From assembly GCF_009914755.1 (NCBI RefSeq), contig NC_060926.1: 64,000 bases of DNA; one strand, 5' to 3'. Each line of letters opens with the position of its first letter. The stretch's first letter is position 1. The notes below the pieces were generated by a model. It was given only the letters and a program-made list of their open reading frames with translations, was not told where the DNA came from and did no database searches. Made by a program: the position numbers and the translations under genes. The stretch comes from the human T2T-CHM13v2.0 reference genome, Homo sapiens. Positions 58,593-64,000 of the stretch are shown in pieces.

Positions 58593-59266
58593 TGTAGGGA
58601 CTGAGGGAAAGCTTCTCCTTCATCCTCTGAAGGTTTGCTGAAAAGCAACTGACAAAAGACAAATGAATAGAAGAAAAGACAGACAAAATTTAATGTCCAT
58701 AGCACAGGGAAATTGCAAGAGAATGATGACTCAATAACCCAATGGGGTACAGAGGCATATGTACCCTTTTTGATAGAGTAAGGGGAGGTAAGAGAAATGT
58801 GGCAATTTTGGGGATAGTACATGATAGTTAGAGGAATGTAATGGCCTTGGAGAACATATAATGGCCGAGGACTAAGTTTATTGGGCCCGCAAAGCAGACA
58901 ATAGTTTGTGACAAAAATCTGTTCAGGTGTGTTGACAGACTTCAGTCTCTCTTCCTGAGATGTGAGTTAAATTAATGAAAACTCAGGGAAGAAACCAGAA
59001 GTAATAGTTTTCTTCTTTGGCAGGTTCAGACTTTAGGTAGATAAGGGAATAGCAGAGTAAAGCTTCTTCCACCATCTGCTGGTCTCCAAGGGCCTTTAAT
59101 TCATTAATTGTTGAGAGAGGACCTCACTCTGGCACCCAGGCTGGAGTGCAGTGGTGCTGTCTTGGCTCACTGCAACCTTGACCTTCTGGGCTCCAGTGAT
59201 CCTCCCACCTCAGCCTCCTAAGAAGCTGGGAGTACAGGCACGTGCCACAATGCCCAGCCAACTTTT

Positions 59267-59330
<64 letters not shown>

Positions 59331-59510
59331 TGATAGAGACAGGGTTTTGCCATGTTGCCCAGCCTGATCTCAAACTCCTGAGCTCAAGCGATCAGCCCAC
59401 CTCAGCCTCCCAAAGTGCTGACATTATAGCCACACGCGCAGCCATTAATATAAAGTAATCTGCAATACTACGGTGCCATATTTTGGGATGAAATTCCCTA
59501 GTCTCCTTCA
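58593..59510 (-). mobile_element. ERV1 3' LTR (MER34/LTR48-like) with AluJ insertion
   Basis: TG...CA termini; reverse complement starts tgaaggagactagggaatttcatcccaaaatatggcac and is preceded by a purine tract (tttcccc at 59511-59517). Confidence 0.8.
59110..59443 (-). mobile_element. AluJ with (TA)n expansion in the linker
   Basis: Dimer; long (TA)n then poly-T; TSD cattaat. Confidence 0.93.
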
Positions 59511-60086
59511 TTTCCCCAGTCTGAAACTTCCCTAGAAGTTTTGTACACTATAAGTTGAGTTATGGTTGTGGAGAGAGAAATCAGGTTAGTAACTGAGTGG
59601 TAAAATATCCAATTAAACCAGTCTCTCATTTCTGGGAATAGGCCAGTCCAATTAAACAGTTGTGTCTCATTTTAGAAAATGGAGTTGCAGATGGGATCTC
59701 AAAGCTAGGCCTCTATATATGACGCAGGCAAATATATCCTTAATAGGAGGCATTTTTATGGAAACAGAAGAAAAACAAAGGCCAATGTCTGGAGTGGTCT
59801 ACGAACTAGTCCCTCTAGAGTCTGGAAGACAGTTAGGTCAGAAGACCAGTAGCTAGCTGACAGATTTTTTCTAGATTACAGTTGGCATGTAAATTTTCTT
59901 CAAATATAAGCTGTTGCATTGATTCTTTTTCAAAACCAAGTTTATTAGCTTAGGCTTGTAAGGCCTCATGAAAAAGACAGTTTTAATTTCAGTGAGTCCA
60001 AGTCAGAAAATTGGGATAAAAATTTGGAAAAGTTAGTTTGTAGACTTATAGCCAGGAAAATATTCAGGGTTCAGTACAAATTGTAG

Positions 60087-60593
<507 letters not shown>

Positions 60594-61138
60594 TAGGCTG
60601 TTTTTAAAAGCTTTGCTGGAACTTTTCATAAGGAATCTCAGATTAGACTTTTTAAAGCCTCTCAAGGCTACGAAGCCAAGCCAAGGATTTGACTCATCCT
60701 TAGACTATGTCTGTAACACCTGTACAAACTGGATTAATTTCTCTCTTCTTGAGATCCCCAAAATATCCTGAAGTTCCTAGGCCTGTCAGAAAGTGGCATT
60801 CTTTACTTACCACAGGGCAACCATGTGAACCATGTATTTAAGGTACTAGGCCAGTTTTTCCAGGAACTTCTATTGGCTTCATAATGCCAACCTCAATTTT
60901 TTAAAGCTGTTTGGTCATATCTGAAAATATGACATTCCAGTCAAAGCTTCAGTAAAAAAGAACAAAAACAAACAACAGAATGTCTCCAATCGTGTTGTTA
61001 GAAGAACAGATTATTGAACTTATACAAATAAATTTTTATAGTAAACTATATTGCCTTGTACTTACTATATTGCCATAAAATATGAATACTCACAAATAGT
61101 TTCCAAATTCTGAAAAAATCAGGCATAAAGAAACATCC

Positions 61139-61790
<652 letters not shown>

Positions 61791-61941
61791 TTATTCCTGT
61801 AAAGCTTAAGAGGAAAAAAAAAAGTTTCCTTAACTCCGGAAAACAAAAAGAACAAAACATAAAAAGAATCAGCAATGTTTCAAACAAAAAAGTCATTAAA
61901 AATCATTTTAGTCCTTCATCATTTCAGTCCCATGTGATTAA

Positions 61942-62399
<458 letters not shown>

Positions 62400-62853
62400 C
62401 ATGTAATTAATTCTTGTTCTATTTGTGGTTAGGTTAGTCTAAGCTTTATGAGTCCAGTTTTGTGGGGGTTTTTTTCATTAGCGTTATGGAAATTTTCACC
62501 CAGTTTAATGATAGGATCTCAAAGTTGTCAGAAACCTGTATTTGTCAGCATTCTTTCCATCCTTTCCGTGAACCTCCTTGAAGAAGCAATACTTAAGGAT
62601 TTGTAAAGAGTTTTCAGGGGGGAAAAAAAGCATCCAAATAAAGCTTGTTGTCTATTTAACTGTGGACAACAAGATTTTAAATGCTCATGGTTAAAGATAT
62701 GATAAAAATTCATAATAATAATCATGCAATTGATGAGGAAATTTGGCTATTTCTGTAGCAAACAACAATTTAACATTAGAATTATGACTGATGGTACGTA
62801 CTAAAACATAGATTTCTAGGAATCTCATATGCTTTTGGAACACACATTAATAA

Positions 62854-62910
62854 CACACCTGTACAAGGATACTCACACCTGTACAAGGATACTCACACCT
62901 GTACAAGGAT
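62854..62910 (+). repeat. 20-bp tandem repeat (cacacctgtacaaggatact) x2.85
   Basis: Perfect units read directly. Confidence 0.97.
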
Positions 62911-62944
62911 TATTTATTTGACAGTGCTTCTTGTATGATGCAGA

Positions 62945-63320
62945 TTGTACTTCCCAGCCTCCCTTGCATCGGGGGGGAAGTGAGGCACCAAATTCTAGCC
63001 AATGAGATGAGGTATTTGAGCCAATAGCCAATGAGGTAGTTGAGAGCTGTTCCCAAAGCCTGCTTTACAGGGCTGCTAGCTCGTCCTCTTTGACCTTTCT
63101 CAATGTCCTCTCCATCTGGCTTGTTCCACGGAACATGAAAACCACCTTAGACCACACCCTAAAGATGACAGATGCCAGAGCTAGAAGGATCCTGAGCGCC
63201 TGGCACCATGGAGTGCTCTAGCAGCCCCGGACTGCCAACCTCCCAACTTCTTGAGAGAGAAAGGGACATAATTTCTCGTTGGTTTATGCCATCACTGTTT
63301 GCTGTGTTGTTGTTGTTGTT
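62945..63320 (+). mobile_element. MLT1 (H-J-like) LTR
   Basis: acttcccagcctcccttgca...ttctagccaatgagatg...cagccccggactgcc. Confidence 0.75.
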
Positions 63321-63408
63321 GTTACTCTCATCTGAACTATTGTTGAACATCATCTGAACTGATATGGGGAGTGGTTGCCTAACAGATAACCAACAGTGTC
63401 TGCTGTTA

Positions 63409-63725
<317 letters not shown>

Positions 63726-64000
63726 GAGCTTCTTGGAAGAGGGCACATAACTTAGCCTCCAGATGAGTAGGATATAGAGAATCAGGGACCAGAACAGTGA
63801 ACATTCTAGAGTGAGGCAGGATAAGAAGTGAGCCTGGCTTAGAGGCCCAGATTGCAGAGGGTTAGTGGGGCCAGATTGTAGGAAGACTTTGACCATTCCA
63901 TTGAGACGTGTGCTGGTCCTTCTAAGCCAGGAGAATCTGGACTATTTTGAATGGCCCCTGGAGAAAGCTCATCCCTGTGTTTAACTTAAATGTACCATGT

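Noticed and set aside
62854-62910. CRISPR-like direct repeats
   Set aside because: Units are contiguous with no spacers, there are no cas genes, and the DNA is human.

Overview
This is human, non-coding, repeat-dense genomic DNA; the species call rests on an AluYa5 with all five diagnostic bases at 61139-61436. I see no recognisable protein-coding gene, RNA gene, CpG island or CRISPR array. Nearly all supplied ORFs are Alu, L1 or LTR translations or chance ORFs. The window holds about 40 Alu/FLAM copies, a nested L1MA-in-L1MA block (11.3-14.9 kb), many MIR, L2 and MER5/MER3 relics, and MaLR/ERVL solo LTRs (MLT1, MST, MLT2, LTR16, LTR18). It also holds ERV1 MER34/MER39-type LTRs and two opposed, degraded MER4-group ERV1 internal regions (49-52.8 kb +, 59.5-62.9 kb -). 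Subfamily names come from memory of consensus sequences, and boundaries are approximate unless a TSD is quoted. The most speculative but intriguing item is a 56-codon ORF at 40471-40641 with a strong Kozak context, a hydrophobic N-terminus and a beta-defensin-like six-cysteine spacing. The best-supported oddities are local templated-copy scars (a 104-bp copy 2 kb away next to a 38-bp duplication, and a tail-less Alu copied from its neighbour), a two-Alu composite inside one TSD, and a TSD-less Alu joining apparently non-colinear ERV pieces. I cannot support a confirmed new biological system from sequence alone.
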